DNA of 64,000 nt from Phoronis australis. Lineage: Eukaryota; Animalia; Phoronida. The DNA lies in contig NMRA01000077.1 of NCBI GenBank assembly GCA_002633005.1, forward strand, positions 1 through 64,000. Reading direction: 5' to 3'. Below are positions 53,497-64,000 of the stretch, in pieces. The notes under the pieces are model-generated. The model did no database searches and was not told where the DNA came from. It saw only the letters and a program-made list of their open reading frames with translations. The position numbers and the translations under genes were made by a program. Numbering within the stretch: the stretch's first letter is position 1; the number at the start of each line of letters is the position of its first letter.

Positions 53497-53888
53497 GCTG
53501 TGAACTCGGGATTCTGCTTAATCTCAAGATCGTGTATACGTGAACTTGAAGTACTCGAGCAAACTTTGCAAGTTCACTCAAATCATCACGGAATTCAAGC
53601 TGAAAATTTCACTGCCCTAAAGTGATGTAAATTTTACTAACCTTAGTTGATTTTTCAACCATTTGCGAACGGATCTTTTTCAGAAAACAATAATGATTAA
53701 CCATTCACTTGATATGCCTCCGATTTTATGGCACAGGTTGCGGTAAAGGAGAAAATGGATGACGATGGGGCCAGTCATTCGAAAATTTGTTTACAATAAC
53801 CAAAACAACTCTCCCCTGATTGCTTTAAGGAATACTTAATTCCGAGTTCGCGCATACATGAACTCGAGAACAGAATTCCAAGTTCACG
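53497..53888. mobile_element. MITE with ~50-bp imperfect inverted ends
   Basis: gtgaactcgggattctg...gtatacgtgaact approximately matches the reverse complement of agttcgcgcatac...cagaattccaagttcac. Confidence 0.55.
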
Positions 53889-53904
53889 CACAACAAGGAG
53901 AATT

Positions 53905-53950
53905 CTTATTGGTCAGTAAAAAACAAAACCACGCCTGGCGTAATAAAAAC
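53905..53950 (+). promoter_or_regulatory. Putative promoter elements (reverse CCAAT, TATA-like) of the + strand secreted-protein gene
   Basis: ATTGG at ~53908 and TAATAAAAA at 53941, upstream of the ATG at 54026; motif-only evidence. Confidence 0.25.
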
Positions 53951-54025
53951 GGGCAGCACGGATTCAAAGGGCGTCTTCAAGGTCGCCACAGAGAGAACTC
54001 GAGCGCCGACAACTAAGCGAGGACA

Positions 54026-54068
54026 ATGAAATCAGCAATTGTGGGATTCCTTTTTCTGGCATGCATTG
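54026..54068 (+). CDS. First coding exon (signal peptide) of an unidentified secreted or surface protein
   Basis: acaATG context, MKSAIVGFLFLACI plus G, donor TTG|GTGAGC, phase 1 (same layout as Ly6 exon 1). Confidence 0.6.
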
Positions 54069-55096
54069 GTGAGCTATTTTAGATAGTTTCTTATACATAC
54101 AGGTTTTTCATTGTGCTGCTGTATTTTACCTTCTTTTTTCTCTCTGATCAATTTATTTTATAATGCAGACTCAGTTATAAAAATCGATGTACGTAGAAAA
54201 TGGTTTTGTCCAGGACCTTAATTAAGTGTAAAAGTTGCTTCAAAAAACTGTAAGAGAAGTCTCACGAAGACAAGTAACATCTTTGGAGATTACGAAGTAC
54301 TCTATGAACAGCCAGGAGAAAAGGAATTTGAAAAGTAATTCTCAAGTCCTCTACAACTACTGCAAGCCACGTACTCCCATGACATGGCGCAGTCTCACGC
54401 CAGTCACTAGGATACGGTTTTGCACCGACTGGATGCTATAACTACTCAGTTGCAAAAGTTAAACAAAGTTGACGAAGTGACGCTGAACGTAAAAGCCTCG
54501 GATGTTACTGTGAACGAACTCGGTGCTACTGTTACAGGGCTGAAAACAAAATGCCAAATCTGGACGGAAAATTAGCCAATTTGGAGTGCCAAATCCCGCC
54601 GCAATAATATAATTACCTAAGTAAATAAAAACAACATTGGATTTAAACCGGCTTGACTGTTTCGATGTTTATTAAAACAACATCCTCCTCATTGAAAAGC
54701 AAAAACAGTGGTCACCTTGAGTGGTAGGCCCACCAACAATTAATGATATACAGACACAGTCAGTTACAAAGGAGAACAACCCTTGTTGTTACTGCTTGGT
54801 CTAATATAACAAAGTCATTAAAAAGCGTTGCTCATAACAATAATTGGAGCTCTACAGAGGAATATCAATATGTAAATTTCTGTCAGAATTTAGGTGTTCC
54901 CTGATCAGCGTTTTCAAATGGCGAACAGTTTCGCAAATAATTATTCCTGGAGCCACATCCAGCACAGATAAATTTGTAGACTACTCTGGACCGCAAACAA
55001 ATAGGAATTTAGTCCTTTGGGTTGAATAAATTGAGCTACTGTACTAATACGTTCAAAATGGAAGGTCCTAGCATTACTGAACACACCCCAGGCGTG

Positions 55097-55799
55097 CGTT
55101 CAGTATCGCTAGGACCTACGCTAGTCACGTGTTATTTAAAATACACTCGCTGGTTCCCTGCGTGCCGCTATAGGTGGGGCGGTAGCCGCGCCAGCACGCA
55201 GGTATCACTTAATTTTCCTCGGTAAATTTTTTTACACCGGCGTTTCTGATTGGCTAGTCAAATTCTCAACAGGAAGCGCTTTACGCAAACAAACTGGCAT
55301 GACTGATGGACTGAAGTGTAAATGTGGTATGTTGTGCAGACAAATCGGTTCACTGAGGAAATGTGAAGCCTTGAAATTGTGATTGCGCCTTTTCGGACTG
55401 CATCTTTCTACTGTCGATGACATTTGTTTACGATAGTGTCCTGTGTAGGCCTATTCATACAGTATGAGTAACACACCGGTTAAATCGGCCAGATATGTAT
55501 TTATTGTACAGTGTGCTTCAAGCACGCGTCCATTAAACATCACTGCAGAAACGAAATAGTTGCTGCGACGTCACTTGCATGACAAGGCTAAAAATCGTTC
55601 ACAGCCCGCCATTTTTTCACGTTGTTGTAAAGCTAACCTAGTACTGCCGAGGTTACATCGACCAATGCTAAAGCGCGTGTCACTGCGTGATACCTGCGTG
55701 CTGGTTGGGCTAAGCACGCGGGGAACCAGTGAGTTCTGGCATACCTCGCATAATGTCGCGAAGTCTTGCTTTTTAGCGAGGTCCTAGCATTACTAAACG
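55097..55799. mobile_element. Complete fold-back/MITE with bipartite inverted ends
   Basis: Left cgttcagtatcgctaggacctacgcta...ctggttccctgcgtg...ccagcacgcaggtatcac; right gtgatacctgcgtgctgg...cacgcggggaaccag...tagcgaggtcctagcattactaaacg. Confidence 0.75.
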
Positions 55800-56099
55800 G
55801 GAGGCAGTTTTAAAGATAAAGGGGAGATCCGGAAACTGGCAAGGGAAAAGCTGCGGTGTTCTGCATACCGTAGAAAGAAAGACTACTAGTACTCAGTCAA
55901 GGTGAGAGATGCCCGTAGGAAGATTGATAAAAAATACCCATTGAACGCCAGGGGTCAAGGCAAGGAAGAATTCACCAAGTTCTACAAGCTGCCTTGACAG
56001 GAAAACTTACGTTGTATGACGATAGCCGAGACGACATCGTTGAGTTTCACACTCGTGGGCAATAGGGAAATGGCCAAGCCCCATCGGTGAATTGTGAAG

Positions 56100-59000
56100 A
56101 AATCCAAATTGCGAGTTGAAATGCACAGGATCTGTGAAGCGTGGACTAGTAGACAAGATCAGTTTGAATTACAAGGTTATGAATGACAGTTAAAACAGAA
56201 AAACGCGTCGCCGAAATGCATTCCGGTGGTATCACTGTGTTGGTAGGAACATTTAGTCAAGTATTGTGATCGCATAAAATCGGATTTTACTCGTGGTGTT
56301 GTTCTTAAGTTCGGAAAATGTTTAGACAAAGTGTGTTTGTCTGCCTACCACCAGAAGGCTCAAGTACCTTTGTTGGAGAGAAATATGGTGTTGTTGCTAC
56401 GCAACAAGTTGCTACAGATTTATGTGTTGTACATAGTAATTATCATTTATTCGTTATGGGTGTTTTAAGGCCCGTTTTGGTTTGAAAGACTAAATTGCAA
56501 ATAACTGTGAAGATTACCTCCCCTGCCAAGAATGTTATGCACCTGATAGCTTTGGTATTCCGAGGTCATTTGGAGCTTTGCTGTGAACTTGACCTTCATA
56601 TCAAGAACGGTAGACGTGAGGATGATGCGAAAGGTGAATTTACCTGTTATGCATCAGAATGGTGCAGCGTTATGAATTATTTGTTGGTATCATCTAATTT
56701 GTACGAACATGTATTTAAGTTTAAGGTAGATGAAGAGACTTGTCTTATCATCTCCTCATAACTTGTACTTTGACACCAGGTGTGAATTACTCAGTACCGC
56801 AATCAATTAAATAGGATTACTCTCAGTGGCTTCAAGTGTAAGTCCATATGAGAAAAGTTTGTTGTCCGCGGACAAAGTATCGTCATTTGAGACGAAATTT
56901 ACCGAGTGTTTCAATGATTTCCCAAATGAATTTCATCGTTTGTCTGAAAATGATTTGGTAGACGAAGCAGTACATAGTCTGTCCCATTTGTACAAATGTG
57001 CTGCATCAAACATGATCACGCAATCCAGTAAATCTTATGGGCATGAGCTGTATTACAACATGTCTTGTGGCGCTTTTTTATTGCCCATCTTACAAGAGGT
57101 TATCATCTTTATGTTACTTATCTATTCACTATATTTACTTGTAATTATATTAGTCATAATAAATGATCTTATATCGCTACCCCTCGGTCTCATTTTCATG
57201 TCTGGTAACGAGCTTGCGACGCACGTATCATTTATCTATTATTCGGGACATATGTCGAAAATAAAGGGCAATTTTAAGTCTCAGTCCCCTTGGTGGGATA
57301 ATGAGTTAACGTATATGAAAAGAAGTAAATATCAGACTCTTAATAAATTTCGCCAGTCCAGGTCTGTCAGTGACTTAGAATTTTACAAAGCACGCATGAG
57401 ATAGTACCAAAAGTTGATTAGAGTTAAGATACAACATCAGAATTCAGAGGTAATGAATAAGATAATAAATAGCACAAATGATGCAAAACAATTCTGGAGC
57501 CAGTGAAAGCAAACTTGCGCAAAACAAATCTATGTCCTCGATCACTCCTGATATGGTGTTGTTACTTCGATGACTTACTAAATCAGAAAGTCCAGGTGCG
57601 TAAAGATGTGCGAACTAATGCTGATCATGTTTTGAATGCCCAAAGCAACTAAGTTATCTTGCGAACGCTGTTAGGCAAATGGCCCTGAATCTGAGAACAC
57701 GAGGTGATTTATCTGATATTTTGATTGCAGTATTGGCACTAGACAAGGTTTAAGTTAAGCCTTCTTGTATTTACATTGTATCTGAATGAATTTGTAGAAT
57801 GTATCCATTCTAGTAATGACGTTGGTAGTTTTAGTTAAAATGTCTCTGAGATGAAAGTGTTGCCATACAGTATGCCTATGATATGGCCTTGTGTGCTTGC
57901 TAGTACTCTCCAGTTAAACTGCAAAAACTACTGTGTGCTTTAATTAAGTTCTGCCAGGAATGGGACATGTCTGTAAATTTAGTAAAAACCAAAGCTTGGT
58001 CAGAAACGGAGGTCCCATAACAAATTACGAGAGGTGGTATGTTGGGGGTGAAAAACTCGAAGTGGTTTACAGTTCAGGTTTTTGGTGTTAAGTTCACGCC
58101 AAAGTCATTGTGGACTATGGCTACTCAGACCCTGTCAGCCCAAGCCATGGAGGTCGCCATTACAGTAGACAAGCTACTAAGAAGCTCAACCATGTTTCAA
58201 CCACGTGGCTTATGAGATGTTTGATAAAGAAGTTTACCCTACCTTGAGTTATGGAGCCGAAATATGGGGCTTACAAGACTACAGCTGGTTAGAAAAAGCG
58301 CATATAAAATTTGTAAGCGTGTGTTGGGTGTAGCTAAATCAGGCTCAAACGATGCTGTACTGAGCGAATGTGGTCAGTTGCGGTTATTTACTAAGTCAGT
58401 TCAGTGTGTTGCGGTGTATTGGTTCAAACTCAGATATATAAAACATTGTTTAATCTATCTGAGCTTCAAACTTCTTAAAATGCCTCCTCGTCGTAACTGA
58501 AGAGCAGCTTAAGACAATTTGTATTACTTTGATCAAAATGGTAGGTAATCCCGAAATTGGGCCACATCAATTAGACTTATATTGTCAAGTTGTGGATTCC
58601 AAAAAAATTATCAAATCAAGGCATTGTGGTTGAAAATACTTTTCTGCTAATTTTTGGGCAGCGAATAAACGACTTGCAAGATTGCAGACACAGTGTTGAG
58701 AGTAATTCTGAAATGAGCTTTTATAATCAATTTCAAAGGAAATTCAAATTGGAAAAAATTAAGTTTGAATATACAGTAACCTGTGCACAAATTATGCCAA
58801 TGGCACGTTTTCGTTGGTCTATCCAGTCTCATGATTCAAATAAGCAGGCACTTGTATTTGGATAGGTCAAAAAATATGTCCGTTCTGCACCAATGTTGTA
58901 CCATTTCCTTTTAAGCTGTGATGAATATTCTGAATTGAGAGAAAATTATATTGAAATGTATCACTGGAATTTTCCGTTTGTTTTCAAGTTTATTATATTG

Positions 59001-59135
59001 ATGTCATCAAGTGATGATGATAAAAAATTAACCTACGTAAATATGTATTTTATGCTTTTCGACTCCGTGATAGCTTGCTGCCCTTTAAGTATGTTACATG
59101 ATGTTCTTTTGGCCTTTATTACATAAACAAATTGA
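56100..59135 (+). mobile_element. Decayed LINE (APE endonuclease, RT remnants, C-terminal zinc ribbon)
   Basis: SGGITV; LHIKNGR..DDAKGEFTC...SVMNYLL; PWWDNEL; YAYDMAL (YADD box); FCQEWDMSVNLVKTK; PTLSYGAEIWG; CKRVLGV..SNDAVLSECG; ARFRWS; HFLLSCDEYSELRENYI. Confidence 0.85.
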
Positions 59136-59449
59136 TTTATTCATGATTAGACTTCATAAAAAACATCGACGCTCTGCAAAATACAAAATCTTTAAAACAA
59201 AAACAAAAATATGCAGTGTACTTACTTTGCGAACAGGCTCATTAATTGCAAACATGATCATTATTTGATTGTGTCTCATTAGGCTTCAATGATCAGCGGC
59301 CGAAAATGGTCTCATTTTCGTAAGTAATCTCATGAATCATACTTGCACATTTTTGTACTTCAGTTGAGATGTTTTTGTTATTTTTGCATTAGATCAGGCT
59401 ACGCGATTTAGCTATGTCGTGTTGCTGAATATTAATGTGCTTTTAATAG

Positions 59450-59520
59450 GTACTTATGGCATCTAGTGTGCATCAATACATCAGTACATCTGTGCCCACG
59501 TTCGTCACAAACCATTTGGT
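59450..59520 (+). pseudogene. Possible decayed Ly6/quiver-like exon 2
   Basis: Acceptor ttttaatag|GT gives GTYGI*C, then (+1 shift) HQYISTSVPTF, which would read I.C.QC.S...P.C after two TGC restorations; speculative. Confidence 0.3.
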
Positions 59521-59759
59521 CTGCTGTCGAAATTGTGCTCGCGACTGAGCCTCTTAATCGTTACCATCTGACATCGATATAATCTTATTGATTCAGCATT
59601 TTAAAACTATATATTTGTGTCGATACTTCCAGAAATGTGAGGACATTTAACATCTGTTTAGCATTGTTTTAGCAAAGAAATTTACCGTGGAAAATATTGT
59701 TTAATAGTGTTATTGCCTGGTTCAGTAACATTTATAATGTCACATTCTTTTACTCAGCT

Positions 59760-59760
59760 G

Positions 59761-59815
<55 letters not shown>
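59760..59815. repeat. (TA)n(TG)n microsatellite abutting the gap
   Basis: Directly visible. Confidence 0.97.
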
Positions 59816-60315
59816 NNNNNNNNNNNNNNNNNNNNNNNNNNNNNNNNNNNNNNNNNNNNNNNNNNNNNNNNNNNNNNNNNNNNNNNNNNNNNNNNNNNNN
59901 NNNNNNNNNNNNNNNNNNNNNNNNNNNNNNNNNNNNNNNNNNNNNNNNNNNNNNNNNNNNNNNNNNNNNNNNNNNNNNNNNNNNNNNNNNNNNNNNNNNN
60001 NNNNNNNNNNNNNNNNNNNNNNNNNNNNNNNNNNNNNNNNNNNNNNNNNNNNNNNNNNNNNNNNNNNNNNNNNNNNNNNNNNNNNNNNNNNNNNNNNNNN
60101 NNNNNNNNNNNNNNNNNNNNNNNNNNNNNNNNNNNNNNNNNNNNNNNNNNNNNNNNNNNNNNNNNNNNNNNNNNNNNNNNNNNNNNNNNNNNNNNNNNNN
60201 NNNNNNNNNNNNNNNNNNNNNNNNNNNNNNNNNNNNNNNNNNNNNNNNNNNNNNNNNNNNNNNNNNNNNNNNNNNNNNNNNNNNNNNNNNNNNNNNNNNN
60301 NNNNNNNNNNNNNNN
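59816..60315. other. Assembly gap (500 N)
   Basis: Run of N. Confidence 1.
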
Positions 60316-60565
60316 GAAAGTGGTGGCGACAATTGTTGAAAAACAGCACCAAACAAAAGTAGGATAGAACAGATTCGCACGGTAAAGTCAACGCAAAACC
60401 AAGTGACGGGAAACGCTTGCCTCCTAAAACGTCACTTCCGGAGTAGCGGACGAGTAATTAATAAAAATACAAAAAGTTGTAATTAAGTGGAAAATATGTC
60501 TAGGATAACCAACCAACCTTATTTTAGCTCAAAATGACATGGAAAAAGGTTGCCTTCGCCTTTAA
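60316..60565 (-). mobile_element. Possible Kolobok-like terminus
   Basis: Minus strand starts TTAA|AGGCGAAGGCAAC; terminus pattern only. Confidence 0.3.
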
Positions 60566-61391
60566 TGATTGGAAAGCCTGCGCTCTTTTGTTCGATAATT
60601 GCTCTATTCTCCGGTACGATCGTATCTAGACTGAATGGGCTGAGCTGGTAAAAACGAAAGTTAAGCTATAACATATTTGAGCTTAAACCAATAGCATTTC
60701 TGAATTCCTCGTCAAATGCTGAGCATGTTCCGTTTTTGAATCATCAAAATCGCCCACTACAACAGAAGTTATGAATCTATTCTGTCCAAACGGACGCACT
60801 GGGTTTGACTGAGTTCATACGCGTTCGGTAATAACGTTTCAACCACCATACGTTTCCTTTGAAGCCTGGGAGATATATTGGCCTGCTTGTTCTCATACGG
60901 GACAAAAGACTAGTGAGCTGGGCAGTTAACAAAAGAGCCAGATGTTATCGCACGTTCAGCACCCCTCACGTCTGGAAAAGTTAGTGAATGACAGAACGCT
61001 GTAATGAAGACAACATGAACGAAACTGAACTATTCTTTCAGCGTCATTTCATTTTATTCCAGACTTTCAACGATTTTCGGGTTTTTCAGAAAGTCCCCTG
61101 GATCAAACTGAATCGTCATCGGGCGCGATTCACACAAGCAGTCTACCTCAATGCTGCCTTATGCTATTGCAGTTGTCTGTGACGTTATACGTTACACCCG
61201 TTTTGAAACCCCATTTTGACCCAAATGTATTCATGACGTAATCGTGTATCACGTGTCTAACAATAAACTGTTGACCTACACCATGGCGGAGTGGCAACGC
61301 CGCCATATTGGAAATGGGTCAGAATGTTGCATTGTGGTTAAGCCGGTAAACAAGTACGCCGGCAAGCGTGGGGGCGAACTGGCCACTGGGA

Positions 61392-61625
61392 GGTTATACG
61401 TGTTGTGTGCCTGGCTGCTATAATACCATTTGAGTTAGCCAGATAAAGAATTTAGTTACTACCTGTTTCCCAAGGATCAAGAACTGCGTTAAACATGGGT
61501 CAGACATATCGGTAGAGCTGGCAGCAAAGGCCGACTTAGAGAATTCTTTCCGACTTCGTAGCATAAAGTATGCAGCGCTCATTTTGAGGGCAGCAAGGAA
61601 ACTGTCCAACAATACTTTCCCTTGA
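61392..61625 (+). pseudogene. THAP zinc-finger domain, pseudogenised (probably transposon-derived)
   Basis: GYTCCVPGCYNN..*..FSYYLFPKDQELR*TWVRHIGR...FFPTS*HKVCSAHFEG with C2CH ligands and conserved F-P and W residues; three in-frame stops. Confidence 0.85.
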
Positions 61626-64000
61626 AAGAAACAGTAACAAATACTCCACGGCGGATGGTAGTGAAGAAAAAAATGTTTTCACTTGACCAGAACCAAGCCA
61701 ACGTGAGCGGAATTTTGAGGATAATGCCTCTGCACAATCACCTGTTCTGCGTCGACTCGCTTAACGCACGCACACTATATGCATTGACGCGCTAAGATAA
61801 AGCTTGTCCCACATAACATGTTGGCTTCGCCCGTGACTCAGTTGGACTCGATGCATTGGAATTAGACTCAACGTTTTCGTGATAATTATGTTAATTACGC
61901 ACTGCAAATTTTGACATTGCGCGTGAATGTTGAAATAATGAACGCGGCTAAGTGGCGTATAGGTTATTTTTACCGAAAACTAGCTTTCACCCAATAATTA
62001 ACCGAACACCTTGAGACTTTCACCTCTCATGACTTAATCTGCTATTTCTTGTCCTTGACAATCGAGTTGAACTTAGGAACTCGAGGTCTCGAAAACGGCC
62101 CGGTGAATTCCGTTGAAACTTTCCAACCTTAATATTTATTCATCAATCTCAGCAATGCTATTAGGATTTTCGTTATAAAGGCCTAATTTTTGCGTAATGT
62201 AACAAAGACGAATACGACCACTGCTTTTTACAAAAATATCTTACGCTTCGCTAGTTAATTTGTCATAGAAACGAATAGAGTACCGGTAACCGAAAATTCC
62301 TATCAGCGTTTATGAGGTAACTGCAGGTGAAGTTTTCATTTAAAAATGGTTTCATTAAAACTTGGCTGAGGGAGTATTTGGCTTTGAGTGCACCGTTCTT
62401 AAAATGAAATTTTGACTTAAAAGTTTGAGATAACCGGCTTAACTACCTCAGAACTTTGTGATCTGATCCCTGCAGTACTGCGCAGAAGGGGGGGGGGGGN
62501 TGATTTGTAATTAAACAGAATGAAGTTTTCATTTTGTGTTTCGCCTTTTTCACATTTCTTAGTACCAGGTTCCTAGCATTTGAGTTTAGAGAGGGGTTGG
62601 GGTAGACCATAAAAAATCGCCCCAAGCATCATCAGACATCACCAAACTTCTGCACGCTACTGGATCTCTGTCACCTGGAGGCGAGACCAGCTACACCAGC
62701 TAGACGAGTAGTCTAGCATCCAGCGTCTATATTAACACTAAAAAGTGTCGAAAATCTCGAAAACAAGTCCATTTACCCCCAAAAAAGAAACGATTTGATT
62801 TGCGTGCGTATTTCAAAAGTTCGCCTATTTTTTCCCAAACAAATATTTATTCATTTGGTGCCCAACGATTTCAGATGCGCGTTGTTAGATGTTGGTGTCA
62901 CATTTTTGTGATACAAAAATATAATCTCAATTGTAAATTGTACCACATCAGCTACCATTGGAATCTTTTGTCTCAGTGGTGAAAAAAAATCAAATTCATT
63001 AACTGCAAAGTGTTTTCAATGTGACCGTAGTAAGTAAGCCTGGCTTCCTGACCTACAAGGCTTATTGTTGTTAAAGATAATGATGTGCAAGCCTGGCTAA
63101 TGAAAACAAAGTGTTCTTGTCGGCGAGCGAAACATGTGAGCACAGTGGTTAGGATTGTGATCACAACCCGCGTCTGTCATCGATCTAGATAACGACTGAA
63201 GTTACTCCAGCTGGGGTTATGAAGGACCTCAAAGAAATGTCCATATTTGGCTAACTTGGGAATATCGATCATTTCGGAAACGGTAGATTGGATTCGGATT
63301 CATATGGAATTTTCAGATGCTAGGCTTATGCGCTGTTCTCCAGAACGCTGTTAGGAATTTTTTAAACGATCCACAATTGCAAGAGGGGCTATCAAAAATA
63401 GGACTTTTACTAATGTTCGTGAAAGAACTTTTAATTTGCATAAAACGAAGACGAAACGATATTTTAGCTTGCCAACTGTGACATCGTTTTTGAGATCAGT
63501 CTCCATTGAACACCCCGGCCTGTACAGTACGAATATCAAATTAAATTTTAACATATTTTTAAAACCGTTGTTTTGTTGTCAGTGTGATACCTTCCTTTTG
63601 TGATAAATATTAATAAAAATACATGGTCAGGTGACCCAATTAATAACAGATTGTTGTCCTGTTCATCTGATGTGAATACACCTGTTAACCTCTTCAGGGG
63701 TGAGTGATGCTGATTTGACTGATGCTTTGAAAAGGTTGAATACGACACTAGGCAGCCTAGTCGGCTTACCAAGCACCGACAAGCAACATGTCGGACTGGA
63801 AATTGACGACATTTCGTGAGTCTACTCAAACATATAGTGAGACAACGACAACTATTCAAAAAAACTGTTCGAGATTTCAGCATATTACTGCATTTTGAGT
63901 ATCGCATTCTTTCGCACTTTCTAAAACTCGTGTTACATGCATGGGCGAGTGAATCGGTGCGAGTGTTGCCCTGGAAATACCTTTGAAAATATTGATTTAA

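Noticed and set aside
56826-57404. 192-aa ORF with a hydrophobic, membrane-like middle
   Set aside because: LINE ORF2 remnant with what appears to be an unrelated AT-rich insertion read through in frame
59697-60391. ORFs of about 200 aa in several frames
   Set aside because: Artefacts of the microsatellite plus the N gap

Overview
Eukaryotic, AT-rich, repeat-dense genomic DNA, most likely from an invertebrate animal draft assembly (single-N joins and a 500-N gap). No prokaryotic-type system, CRISPR array or rRNA is visible. One intact host gene can be reconstructed by hand: a minus-strand, three-exon Ly6/uPAR (three-finger, LU-domain) gene (42530-42455, 23972-23844, 17293-17073). It encodes a 141-aa protein with a signal peptide, 12 cysteines and a GPI-type tail, and both its phase-1 introns (about 18.5 and 6.5 kb) are filled with transposons. 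A second secreted-protein first exon points the opposite way (54026-54068, +), and a possible decayed Ly6-like exon lies downstream of it. The rest is decayed mobile DNA: an Ngaro/PAT-type tyrosine-recombinase retrotransposon with split direct repeats, a full-length Ty3/Gypsy element, mariner and maT-like (DD37D) transposons, Kolobok-like and THAP relics, L1/Tx1 and other LINE relics, Penelope-like fragments (one with a degenerate hammerhead), MITEs with 5-bp target duplications, tRNA-derived SINE heads and two tandem arrays. Two apparent tandem duplications flanking single Ns are probably assembly artefacts. All calls come from reading the sequence by eye; no database searches were run.
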